NCBI GenBank assembly: GCA_000002445.1
Contig: CH464491.1
Coordinates: forward strand, 544,001-608,000
Direction of reading: 5' to 3'
Length of the DNA: 64,000 nucleotides
Origin: Trypanosoma brucei
Taxonomy: Eukaryota
Notes under the pieces: model-generated
Told to the model about the DNA's origin: nothing
The model's input: only the letters and a program-made list of their open reading frames with translations
Databases searched by the model: none
Made by a program: the position numbers and the translations under genes
Part shown: positions 1 through 9,975 of the stretch, piece by piece
How the letters are laid out: the number at the start of each line of letters is the position of its first letter
Position numbering within the stretch: the stretch's first letter is position 1

Positions 1-3000
1 AACCTGTTTCCTCGGTACAAAACTGAAGAATCGGAAAGGTAGTGCGCTAACGCGGGGAATGGAAAGCACTTATACATTCGCCACTAAATGAACGGGGAAG
101 GAGTAAACCCCCACATTCTTCACGGCACCCCAATATATTGGTAAATGCGTCCAGTTTCTATGATCCTGTTGGTATCGTCTTCCCAGGGTGACTCGACGAA
201 GGGTTTGCAGAACTCAGGTTTCAAAAGTGCGGTGCCTACGCGCCGGAAGAACCCCAACCCTGGCAGAAACGACGGATGTCTGGGGGTTGGCGAGAAAATG
301 CGCCTTATTCTGTGAACGCTTAAGAGCGGAACAAAGAAGTGTAGGCTTCCACTACAACTGGCGGTTATAGTATGGAGCAAAAAAAAGTTATAGTGAGTCG
401 AATCCGCAGCACGATGTAAAGTTTTCGATCGAGGGGAGGGGTTAAATTAAAACGCAATCCCACAAGTCCACATAGCTGGAAAGGGGTCAGATTAAATCCC
501 ATAAGCTACGATGCAACTAGTTTGGTCACTAGTTTTGCAGCCACATCGGCATTACGGCACTGAAGCAGTGGGAACAGCTACTGAATTTAGAGGCAACCCA
601 CTATGCACTATCGCGAACGACGGCCAGCAACAGAAAAAAAAATGAAGCAAATCTGGGGGGAGGGAGAAGAGAAAGTTTAGCGCCAGATCTGAAAGGATGG
701 CCTCATAACACGTGCTGTTATGATTTGAATTGGCCTCTTGTGTCTGAGATATCTCGTTGTGTTATCCAAAAGTTTGTTTGAGGTAAGGGAACCTGGGCAA
801 TCCACAACGGACAGTTCAGCAAAACAGAGAGGGGAAATCAATGGAAGATAATTCAAGGAGGAGAAAGAAGAATCAAAGGTGTAACTGAAACTGGATCCCA
901 AGAATGAACTTACGAGAAGTTGCAACGCGTCGAAGGTTCCCGGGCTGGTGGACAGCTCCTGTAACACACGCGGTGCGCGGGTTATATAAAACCAACAGTA
1001 CGCTCTTGGAGGTTGCCCGACGAACATGAAGAAGGGTTAAAGGCCTGTTTGGAAACCCATCGGCTTCCAAATTTGTACGGAACGTGTCAGTCGTATCGGT
1101 CTGACAGTGGACCCGACAAATGGGATGCACCGATAAGAGGGTAAACGCCCATACATATTAAAACTAGGATGTAAAAGGCTTTTCGGCTACATGTTAGGAT
1201 GGGACACCTTGAATCAGGAGGGGTAAGAAATCAGAATCTTCTTTTGACACTCCTTGGGGTGGTGTGGCACGTAAACTAGAAACTGTAACTGGGCAATTGA
1301 GGGTTCTATACGGGGAAAAGAGGTGCCACACTTGTTCCCTCATCTCAATTAAAAGCTTTTCCACTTCTATTACGGCCAGCACTACCCTCGCCCGCCCCAA
1401 TGGTTGAAATGGCGCCACCTCAGCCGGGGAACTCGGCTCTCTTCGAAGTGTCGCATTCTTTTTCCTCCGCTTGTCCATACAATACCTACTCGCAAGCTGG
1501 TGAAAATTAAGCCGCCAAGTCCCTCTCAACGGTATGCGCATAATCCGTGCCTGGCAAAATCAACTATTCTGAAACACTGTCTGTAGACACAAAGGGCGGT
1601 TAAGGCGCTCATTTTCATCTTCCATTTACTCTTCCTCCATCACACAATCAAACAAAAAACTTTCTCATTTTAGTGACAATGCCATTCGAACGGCGTCTTC
1701 GAGTATGCCAAAGCGGACCCATGTGCCCTACTCGGGCCGCAACGCCAGCAGCGCGTTATGGCCTTTACCAAGGGTTTACTGGGGAGTATAGTCGTTTCTC
1801 CATATTCCTGCATCATAGTTCCCTCTGGTTGTATTTCCCACTTTCTTTCTATAATCCTTCTGCGTTGGTTGACGAATGGATGTGTTACGTGGGCAGTTGC
1901 TCCATCACTGCGAAATGGTAGAAGGTGGGGGTGATAAACCTTGAGGTGTCGGGTGAAAGCAACCCTTTTCCACGTTCTGTACCGCCACATTCTGTATTCG
2001 GGTGCGCCAACCGCCGGCTTGAGTGCTTTTTCGTCCACATTGGCAGAAACGGGGTGCAGGTTGCAGAGTCCTTTTATTTATTTATTTTTGTGGGTGCCAT
2101 ACTTTTCAAGACTTCTCAAACAATTTCCTCTGCAATGCCGTCAGCCGCCTATTCGAGGTGAGTTTATCTTAAGGGAAATGAGGCGCATGACAACGTTGTT
2201 TTTTTTTCCACTTTACCCACAGCGAGGGCCTTCGCAGGGGCCGACGCATTGCCTGCGACAAAATGCCCAACTTTTGATATGCTTCGTTTCTTGTTGGGGA
2301 AAGATTTCAGTGCGAGCTTCGTTTGAAGAGCGAAAACAATTATGTATCTACGCTTTAAAGGGCATTTGATCAAAAGAAAATACCTTTCCACAGAGTTTCT
2401 CGTTGTCGTTAGTGTGTCCGATGTTCCGGTTAAGGTTAACAACTGGAGTGTGGATGTTTCCCGCAACGCGAAGCATTTTCACTTGGTAGTGGAAGCGGTG
2501 GCGTCGTCGGAACATGTCTTTTCGTGAGACTTTCGAGGTGTGATAAGGAGTTGTGTAGCGGTTCCGCGCCTATGCGAGTGTAAAGCCTGCAGGCTGTTTT
2601 CTTCCCGCCGCCGCGGTTTCCTGCTATGTTCAAGTGAGGTTGTCTCGTTCCGTTCGAATGTTGTTGTGGAGTTCACCCCTGGTGACCGGCGTTCCCTTTA
2701 GGCAGTGCAATTCACCTTAGTTATCTGACTACTAGCCTTATTTTGCTCTGTTATTTAAATATATATTTGATTGCCGTTACAATCTGACACTGTGCTGAGG
2801 AAGGTAATTGGGAGACATCTATGATAAAGTTCGCTTGTGTATTGAAAGGATGCAAGCTCCATTACAAAATAGGTAATGTGTTTTATTTTAACTGGTCGCT
2901 CGAGGCATGCTATCTCGTGCTTTAAATATTTTCTCAGCCTTATTTTTTCTAGTGTTCAACACCTGAAGTTGTTGCTGCTACTTTTCGTCGGAAGGAAGGC

Positions 3001-3006
3001 GTGGGT

Positions 3007-4671
3007 ATGTCCTTTTTCCAGTTGGATTGGGAATGTTCATATCAAGAGTATATGAAAATGATCTATCATCACGCAACGAACTATGTTCCGCCACGGGTTT
3101 CACAAGAGAGGCACCTCATCACTTGTAGGGAGCTGCTGAATGAAGCTCAGAGGGAATGCAAGGGAGGCAAGTATGATCTTTCCTTCTTTCACTACCTTCG
3201 GTGTGTGGAGATTCTCACTAAGGTGGGGATACCCTCTACATACAAAGATTCAATGGTTTTGAAGAAGCAGTGTATGGATGCCATTGAAGCCCTCATGAAT
3301 GGCGCTCTTAAAAATCACTATGAAAAAATGGTTGAAGAATTAAACTCGAAGAAGGAAGGAGTTGATGTTTTAAGTGTAGGGGATCCCTCTGTAGTTAATG
3401 TGAACAATGAGGAAGCTGAACATTTGAAGCGTAGGGAGGTGCTTCTGAAAAATGAGCGCGGTACTTTGGATAGTTGGAGGGGAGAGATAGGAGAAACGCG
3501 TATACCCTACAATCAAATCTATAATACCACTGTGGATTATCAGTATTGGAATCGTGATGTTGCAGCAACCGTGGCATCAGATGGTGTAGTTGTTCCGCCA
3601 CGATCCATACCGTGTGCTTCCCCTAACGCTTACTGCAAGTGGACATATAACTCTAGTTTTCAGGGTAAGTGGAACCCTAGACGGGGAATGGTTAATCTTG
3701 GTAATACTTGCTATTTGAATAGCGTCGTACAGACGCTTGTTTCTACACCATTGGGGGCTTATTTTCTGGGTGACAAGTATACGCTTGATGTCAGTACTGC
3801 TGGGAGGCAGACTTGTAGGCTGGTCAACTCTTTCACTTTCATTGTTCGAGAGTTGAACCGCAGGGACTGCGCTGCCCCTGTGAGTCCTTCACCATTTAAA
3901 AAAGCGATGGGAGAGGTTAATGAAGCGTTTTCTGGTTTTGGGCAACAGGATGCAAATGAGTTTCTGAGAGTCCTTCTTGAGGGGATACACGACGGGTTGA
4001 ATGATCGAAGAACGGTCAAAGCCGTTCCGAGTGACGCAGACACTATCGAATTCAGTGATGCGGAGTTGGCGAAACGCCACTGGGAGCAATACACGCAACA
4101 AAACAATTCTGTTGTCGTTGATAACTGTGCATTTCAAGAGCGGAGTTCTATTATGTGTTTAGTATGTCGAAGAATTAGTAGGTCTTTTACATGTTCGTTG
4201 GGAATCGACGTTCCCATTCCTGCCGGGACTGGGAACATTTGCCTGGAAGACTGCTTCAGACTATATTGCAAAGAAGAGGAGTTGGATCTTGATTCAGCGT
4301 ATCACTGCCCTTCGTGCAAGCAAAAGGTCAAAGTATCGAAACAGCTTTTGTTGTATTCACTACCGACCCTGTTGTTTGTAACGATCAAACGTTTTCGAAG
4401 CGATGGCGCTATATCGATGAAATTAAATGACCCCGTTTTCTTTCAGAAAAAGATTGACTTAAAACCCTTCTTGTGTTCGACAGAGAAAAACACCATATAC
4501 GATTTAGTCGGTGTGGTGAACCACAGTGGGAGCACGACCGGCGGCCACTACACTGCTGATTATTATGATAATCATTGTGGGTGGTCTTCAGCTAGTGATG
4601 AGCGAGTCTCTAGGGCGGACAAACCTGACTATCGACTTGTTTATATTCTGTGTTACGTACGTTCTGCTTAG
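3007..4671 (+). CDS. Ubiquitin carboxyl-terminal hydrolase (USP / peptidase C19 family)
   Basis: Cys-box GMVNLGNTCYLNSVVQTL and His-box GGHYTADYYD signatures of USP deubiquitinases. ORF-track start 3001 is GTG, so the start is moved to the first ATG at 3007. Confidence 0.85.
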   Translation: MSFFQLDWECSYQEYMKMIYHHATNYVPPRVSQERHLITCRELLNEAQRECKGGKYDLSFFHYLRCVEILTKVGIPSTYKDSMVLKKQCMDAIEALMNGALKNHYEKMVEELNSKKEGVDVLSVGDPSVVNVNNEEAEHLKRREVLLKNERGTLDSWRGEIGETRIPYNQIYNTTVDYQYWNRDVAATVASDGVVVPPRSIPCASPNAYCKWTYNSSFQGKWNPRRGMVNLGNTCYLNSVVQTLVSTPLGAYFLGDKYTLDVSTAGRQTCRLVNSFTFIVRELNRRDCAAPVSPSPFKKAMGEVNEAFSGFGQQDANEFLRVLLEGIHDGLNDRRTVKAVPSDADTIEFSDAELAKRHWEQYTQQNNSVVVDNCAFQERSSIMCLVCRRISRSFTCSLGIDVPIPAGTGNICLEDCFRLYCKEEELDLDSAYHCPSCKQKVKVSKQLLLYSLPTLLFVTIKRFRSDGAISMKLNDPVFFQKKIDLKPFLCSTEKNTIYDLVGVVNHSGSTTGGHYTADYYDNHCGWSSASDERVSRADKPDYRLVYILCYVRSA

Positions 4672-4928
4672 GAAGTTGCTTAGCGAGGGATGTACTCAAG
4701 GTGGAGTTGAATGAGCAGTAAAATACCGCTGGTAAAGGTTTAATTACCATCACATTTATCTACTTCCCTCTTTTGAGAGCATATGAAGCTGTAAATGCTA
4801 TTTTGTCTCTATAATTTATATTGTGGGTTTTGCCTCCTGACAGCAACAAACCTTATTGTTAATGATATGTTGGTGCTTGTTTGTGTGATATGCTCATTTC
4901 GTATAGGTGCTAGGCTGTTATTACTCTG

Positions 4929-6323
4929 ATGGGCTCTGAATGCTCAAGGCATTCGAACCAAACCGAGCTGCGGGATGAGCGATTTTGCAGCAAGCGTAGG
5001 CAGGTGTTAGATGCAACACTTGCGCAAGCTCCACGCCCACCATCCTTTGTAAATTTGTCGAATGACTATCGTTGTTGCTGTGGTGCAGTGGGACCAGGTG
5101 GACTTAGATTTGCAGAACCGCCCAATAGGGGCAGCACCACGGGTCCACCCCGCGATCACCGGCCTGGTATCACGGGGAACCGTCGGTCAGAAAGACCCGG
5201 TAATTTGGGGCAAGTGTCTTCCCTTTATCCGGCCGTGGAGCCACACAGGGGGTTACCCTCACGTGACCAGCCTAAATCCACTCTGTTCCCGCAGTCGTGT
5301 CCGAAGGCTTCCACATCAAAGGTCAATACTCATGTGCGTGCGCGATCTGAGCCCCACACACGCGGTGGCCGAAGAGCAGGGTCGAAAATATCAGTGGCAA
5401 ATGCCTCAGGGAGCAGATCGAAAAGGTCAAAACTGACGTCATATGTTGATGATAATGAAAACGTACAGGGGGTGCACGAATTTCGAAAGAAATTAATTTT
5501 TCTCTCTCTGGAGGAAGAAAAGGAGCGCTTGCAGATCTCAAACGAGAGATTAACTGGGTTCTGTAACATGGAAGATATTTTTGTGCGTTCCATGAAGGGC
5601 ACACCCCATTGCAGCGCCGAACTAAAGTTGTTTTCGTTGCAGGGGAGGAGGAGAGAATTCATACGGGAGCAGGAGCACAATGAATGGAGACAGCTTTTGT
5701 TTTCGGTTAACCAAACACTACTCAATAGTTCTTTGGACGGTAAAGCGAAGGGATTTGCTTACTCCCATCTAGATGAAAATTCACTGTATTGGCCGTCGCC
5801 AACTTCGGAACGCGGATGTATTAGACGACCCTTCACCGCAGCTGAGCTGAATCAACTGGCCAGATCAAACTCTGAAACGGATTTTTACGTATCCAGCGAC
5901 GGATTGAAGAAACCGACATCTCACGCTACTAAGATGTGTGCGTTGTGTGAAGTTGCTCTGAAGAATGTACTAAGTGAAGACATTATAGATATTGATAGAA
6001 TAAATAGAAAGATAGCGCGACAAATTTATCTGCTAAATGAAATTTCTTCTTATTGCAGCCCGACAGACTCTGGCTCTTCTGCCTGCAGCAAGGAACGGGT
6101 TGCAGGTATGTGTCCTTTAACTACCAACGATAATCTACAGTCGGTGGCGTGCCGTCCCCTTCGCTTACCGCCTCGTGCCTCCACAACCACATGCACATCG
6201 TACCCAGTGGGGCACTCATGTTGTGGGTCGGTAAGTTCCACATCAAAAGGGTTGCCGGACTATTTAAGAAAAGAGTGTAACTTCGCTACAAGAAAAAGAC
6301 TAGTATCGCTTCTACAAGAGTAA
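4929..6323 (+). CDS. Hypothetical protein with N-terminal MGSECS (possible N-myristoylation/palmitoylation motif)
   Basis: 464 aa ORF with an ATG start and an upstream polypyrimidine tract. No recognisable catalytic domain. Gly2/Ser6 plus Cys5 at the N-terminus. Confidence 0.6.
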   Translation: MGSECSRHSNQTELRDERFCSKRRQVLDATLAQAPRPPSFVNLSNDYRCCCGAVGPGGLRFAEPPNRGSTTGPPRDHRPGITGNRRSERPGNLGQVSSLYPAVEPHRGLPSRDQPKSTLFPQSCPKASTSKVNTHVRARSEPHTRGGRRAGSKISVANASGSRSKRSKLTSYVDDNENVQGVHEFRKKLIFLSLEEEKERLQISNERLTGFCNMEDIFVRSMKGTPHCSAELKLFSLQGRRREFIREQEHNEWRQLLFSVNQTLLNSSLDGKAKGFAYSHLDENSLYWPSPTSERGCIRRPFTAAELNQLARSNSETDFYVSSDGLKKPTSHATKMCALCEVALKNVLSEDIIDIDRINRKIARQIYLLNEISSYCSPTDSGSSACSKERVAGMCPLTTNDNLQSVACRPLRLPPRASTTTCTSYPVGHSCCGSVSSTSKGLPDYLRKECNFATRKRLVSLLQE

Positions 6324-6613
6324 GTTACTTCTCAATTGTCTTGTTCCAAATTTAACTTTCGTGGTGTTGTTATTGTACATTTCCCCTTTGTTATCGTGCT
6401 TCTTTTCGGATGTTGTCACGCTATCTTCCATTAATATTCCATGGACGGGGCACCTTAACATTAAGCATGGCTTTTTTCCCTTGAAAATTTTCTATGTTCG
6501 TTGATAACATCTTTTTCAGTCATTAAAATCGCTGTTGTGACAGTTTTATTGTGGTTTATCTTCTTCGTATCGCACATATATACCAAAGGCATCTGACTAG
6601 GCAAGCATCAAAC

Positions 6614-7282
6614 ATGAAGCGTACACGCAATGCTTTGTTGTCATCAGAACTACTATGCAAGGTTATGAAAATTACAGAAGAACCACGCGTTGTGAAAGAG
6701 CTGAGTGATATTTTACTCTTTCCCCGGGTTAAAATAAACTCTTTGCCCTTCGTTCCACCTCCCAAGTGGACTACAGAGCTCAATCGCAGACTGCAGAAGA
6801 GGTTTCCGGAACTTAGCCGGAAGCGACACATTTTATTCACACGTGCATTTATTCATCCTAGTTTTACCGCACCAGAGGCAGCTTCATCGACTATGAATGC
6901 ATCTATTGGGTTGGGCGAGTCCTTACTGCTTTCTGTTGGTGGGCGTTTAGTTGTCAGTATATTTGATGACCTGAGACGTGATGAAGTAATTTCGTTGGTT
7001 TCATTTCTATCCTCCGATGCAGCCCTCAGCCACCTTTTGCGTCACCACTGGGAGTTGGAAGATATGGTATTAACAGATGCATCAGTACAACTGTTCCAAC
7101 CAAAAGCAACGCCCTCTGCCTCTAACATTGTATCGTGGCTGCCAGATCAGAGGGGAAAACAGGTCCCTGATCAGTATTGTGCTGGAGCAGTAAAGGCAGT
7201 GATTGGAGCAGTGTTTTTAGATGGGGGCCTGTCGTTAGCCACGCAGTTCATCTTCCAACACGTTCTTGAGGCACTAGAATAG
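6614..7282 (+). CDS. RNase III-like domain protein (degenerate, probably non-catalytic)
   Basis: C-terminal GAVKAVIGAVFLDGGLSLATQFI resembles the RNase III domain motif AxxAxIGAIYLDxG. The ERLEFLGD catalytic signature is replaced by ESLLLSVGG. ORF-track start 6551 is GTG; the first ATG is at 6614. Confidence 0.55.
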   Translation: MKRTRNALLSSELLCKVMKITEEPRVVKELSDILLFPRVKINSLPFVPPPKWTTELNRRLQKRFPELSRKRHILFTRAFIHPSFTAPEAASSTMNASIGLGESLLLSVGGRLVVSIFDDLRRDEVISLVSFLSSDAALSHLLRHHWELEDMVLTDASVQLFQPKATPSASNIVSWLPDQRGKQVPDQYCAGAVKAVIGAVFLDGGLSLATQFIFQHVLEALE

Positions 7283-7427
7283 TGGTATACATTACGGTTA
7301 GTGCAACGCTGGGTTACTGTCTATTTTGTTCTCAAATATTTTTAAAGAAGAGTTTTCAATGAAGGAGTTGTTTTGCTTATTTACCTATTTCTCTTTTTAT
7401 TTGTTCAATTTTTCCTTTAGAGCTTCA

Positions 7428-8606
7428 ATGAACCACCCTGATGAACTTGAAGGGTCGGCGACCTCTGGGGTTCTCTGCCCACTGACAGCATATGAGGAGG
7501 TTCCCCCGACGAAAACAAGGAGCCAGATAATTAAGGAACAACTGTTAGATTTAGAAAATTACTCGTTCGAAATCCCTGACCGGCCGGAAGGTGATCCGTC
7601 AGGGAAATTGGCCTATCTGGACATGTGTGAACAGCTACACAAGGAGTCATTTATGAAGTTTCCTACCCACAGCGTCGCGAACAGTCTTTGCGAGGGCAAA
7701 GAATCATTGGACGTCAGTTTTTTTGCCCTTGGAAAGAAAGGAAGTGCTGCGTTGGCTGCCGCTCTGCGAGTTAATCTTACAATCAGAAAACTTTCCCTCT
7801 TGAGGAACCACATTACTCCTTCGGGTGCCATGGAGATTGCACGGGCGCTTTCCGAAACGAAGGTAGTCTCCGATCTTGACTTAAGTGAGAACTTGCTGGG
7901 GCTGACAGATGCAGATGATATCCAAGGGGGTGCCGTGGTAGCTGAGTTCCTTAAGCCAGGAAACGTTTTGAAGACGCTATCCCTCCGGGACAACAAGTTA
8001 AGTGACCAGCATGTCACTGAGTTTGCGGAGGCGGCAATCGACAACACTGAATTGCACTCTCTTGACCTGAGCTTCAACAGGATTGGTTACATTGGTGCCA
8101 TTGAATTAGCAAACATTCTTTCTAAGAACGCAGACCTTCAGGAAATAAATCTAGAGTGGAACCAATTTCAAACGATTGGTAGCCGCCATATACTTGCCGA
8201 AGGACTTCTTTTGAACAACACAATCAAGCGCTTCAACATGAGTTGGAATGGATTAGATGATGCTTGTGGGGTGCTTGTAGGTCGTATTATTAGTGAAAAT
8301 GATATTGAAGAGATTGTTGTCGCTCACAATAGAATTGGACCGGCAGGGGCGGAAGCTATCGCAAAGGGACTTCTTAATACATCTGCGCTAACCACACTAA
8401 TCCTGGACGACAATCCCATGCAAAACGAGGGTTGCGCTGCAATTCTTCGTGTCGTCGGGGAGGCAGCTACTCTTACGAACGTTAGCCTTCAGCAATGTCG
8501 ATGTGACTCCAGCGTTGTGCTAGAAGCCGATCGAGTGATGAAGGAGGTTCGCCCGGATTTGGATATCCGAATATCTGAAGGTTGCTGTGCCAAGGTAGTG
8601 ATGTAA
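7428..8606 (+). CDS. Leucine-rich repeat protein (ribonuclease-inhibitor-like LRR)
   Basis: Repeated ~28-residue LxxLxLxxNxIgxxGaxxLaxxL units such as LHSLDLSFNRIGYIGAIELANIL and LTTLILDDNPMQNEGCAAI. The track start (7326) is TTG. The polypyrimidine tract 7381-7420 followed by AG favours the ATG at 7428; an alternative ATG lies at 7359. Confidence 0.7.
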   Translation: MNHPDELEGSATSGVLCPLTAYEEVPPTKTRSQIIKEQLLDLENYSFEIPDRPEGDPSGKLAYLDMCEQLHKESFMKFPTHSVANSLCEGKESLDVSFFALGKKGSAALAAALRVNLTIRKLSLLRNHITPSGAMEIARALSETKVVSDLDLSENLLGLTDADDIQGGAVVAEFLKPGNVLKTLSLRDNKLSDQHVTEFAEAAIDNTELHSLDLSFNRIGYIGAIELANILSKNADLQEINLEWNQFQTIGSRHILAEGLLLNNTIKRFNMSWNGLDDACGVLVGRIISENDIEEIVVAHNRIGPAGAEAIAKGLLNTSALTTLILDDNPMQNEGCAAILRVVGEAATLTNVSLQQCRCDSSVVLEADRVMKEVRPDLDIRISEGCCAKVVM

Positions 8607-8853
8607 ATAATCATATGTGGAGGCATTGGCGGAGTGTACTCGCCTGTGGTTAAATGGAGAGGTTACGCTGGCAGAGATTTCTCTTTTTTTTTTTTTTGAA
8701 AGCTTAGTGTGTGTAGGGATGCCTATCGATGATGCACACCCTTCTTACTCCACAGTGACCCTCTTTATTGTATTTGTTGCTAAGCAGCTTTCGTTTCCCC
8801 GAGTTCTTCTAATTCCACCCATTAGGCAGATTTGAAAGGAGCTGACCTCGGAA

Positions 8854-9678
8854 ATGGTCGATCGAATTGAAGCAACACTTAATCGTCTCATAGCATTCGG
8901 ACCAGGTACGGCGTCTTATACAGATGATGCTGCCTTTTTGCAAAATGTTGCCTCTGCCATGGAGGTGGCAGGTGAGATTCCCGTTCTGACGGAAGCGTGC
9001 ATGTCACTTTCTGTAGATCTACTGGAGAACTCGTCACCACAGTCTGCTGCTACTCACGCTGTGTTGACACTTCTCGCATGCTGTTGTATGCGGGATGACA
9101 ACAGGGAACTAGCATCACGTTTCGGTATTTTTTCGTTATGTGTTCTTCTTCTTCGGAGCAGTGAGTTGTTGTGCAAGGACACTCTGTTGACTATTTTTGA
9201 CCTGATAGGGACCCTCTGCATGAGCAGTGCTAGCACGCGACAGATGATGCGCCCATGTATTCCTTATGTCCTCGGGGTGATGAGAACTCATCCCGATTGC
9301 TTTCAGTTGTGCTTCAGCGGGGCCGTCGTGATCGGCACGTTGGTCATGCTGGATGCTGCGAACGCGGAATTGGCTGCGGAAAACGACTGTGTTCAGATTC
9401 TTCTCACGGCTTTTATGCGTGGACATGACAAACGAAAAGAGTTGCTGAATCGCAGACGCACATCTTATTCCCTACGTTGTCAAAGAGAGGAAGATGAGTC
9501 ACGACGTCTATGCGACAACGTCATACGCTGGACGGAGGATGCATTGCAAAAACTTGTTCTGGCTCCATCTCCCGTGATTGATGCTAAACTAGAGGCTGCT
9601 GACTTTGGAAATTATGGGGACAGGGTAGAGGTTGACGAGCTCATGTGGAAGTTGAAGTTTGGGCGAGGAAAGATGTGA
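8854..9678 (+). CDS. Hypothetical protein (helical/ARM-like composition)
   Basis: 274 aa ORF with an ATG start, in the cluster orientation, with trypanosomatid codon usage. Confidence 0.5.
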   Translation: MVDRIEATLNRLIAFGPGTASYTDDAAFLQNVASAMEVAGEIPVLTEACMSLSVDLLENSSPQSAATHAVLTLLACCCMRDDNRELASRFGIFSLCVLLLRSSELLCKDTLLTIFDLIGTLCMSSASTRQMMRPCIPYVLGVMRTHPDCFQLCFSGAVVIGTLVMLDAANAELAAENDCVQILLTAFMRGHDKRKELLNRRRTSYSLRCQREEDESRRLCDNVIRWTEDALQKLVLAPSPVIDAKLEAADFGNYGDRVEVDELMWKLKFGRGKM

Positions 9679-9975
9679 AGTTTCAGCGATGCTTCAACTG
9701 TTCGTGTGTTGTGAACATGGTCACTGCTATCATTCGTGCGCATTCGCATTGTATGTGTTCGCCGTGATCAGTTTTTCGAGAATTTGTGTGAGCTGAGGGG
9801 TAGCTGTTGATGTTATCGACGTGAAGGAGATAAGATCTGTTTCTAGTGTTCATACCTTCTTTTTCATTACACTGTTGTTAATTCTTCTGCACAAAGAAGG
9901 AAGAGCAATAGGGTAATAACAATAACACTTTCCGTTGCGGGAAGAAGCAAAGGTAAGAAAGTTTACACCAGCACA

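Noticed and set aside
396-412. gagtcgaatccgcag resembling a tRNA T-loop (GTTCGAATC)
   Set aside because: The flanking sequence does not form T-stem or acceptor-stem pairing and no cloverleaf could be built. It is probably coincidental.
1673-2161. Two + strand ORFs (1673-1921 and 1925-2161) in the same frame separated by one TAG, a possible pseudogene
   Set aside because: The translations are low complexity with no similarity to known families. There is insufficient evidence for a disrupted gene.
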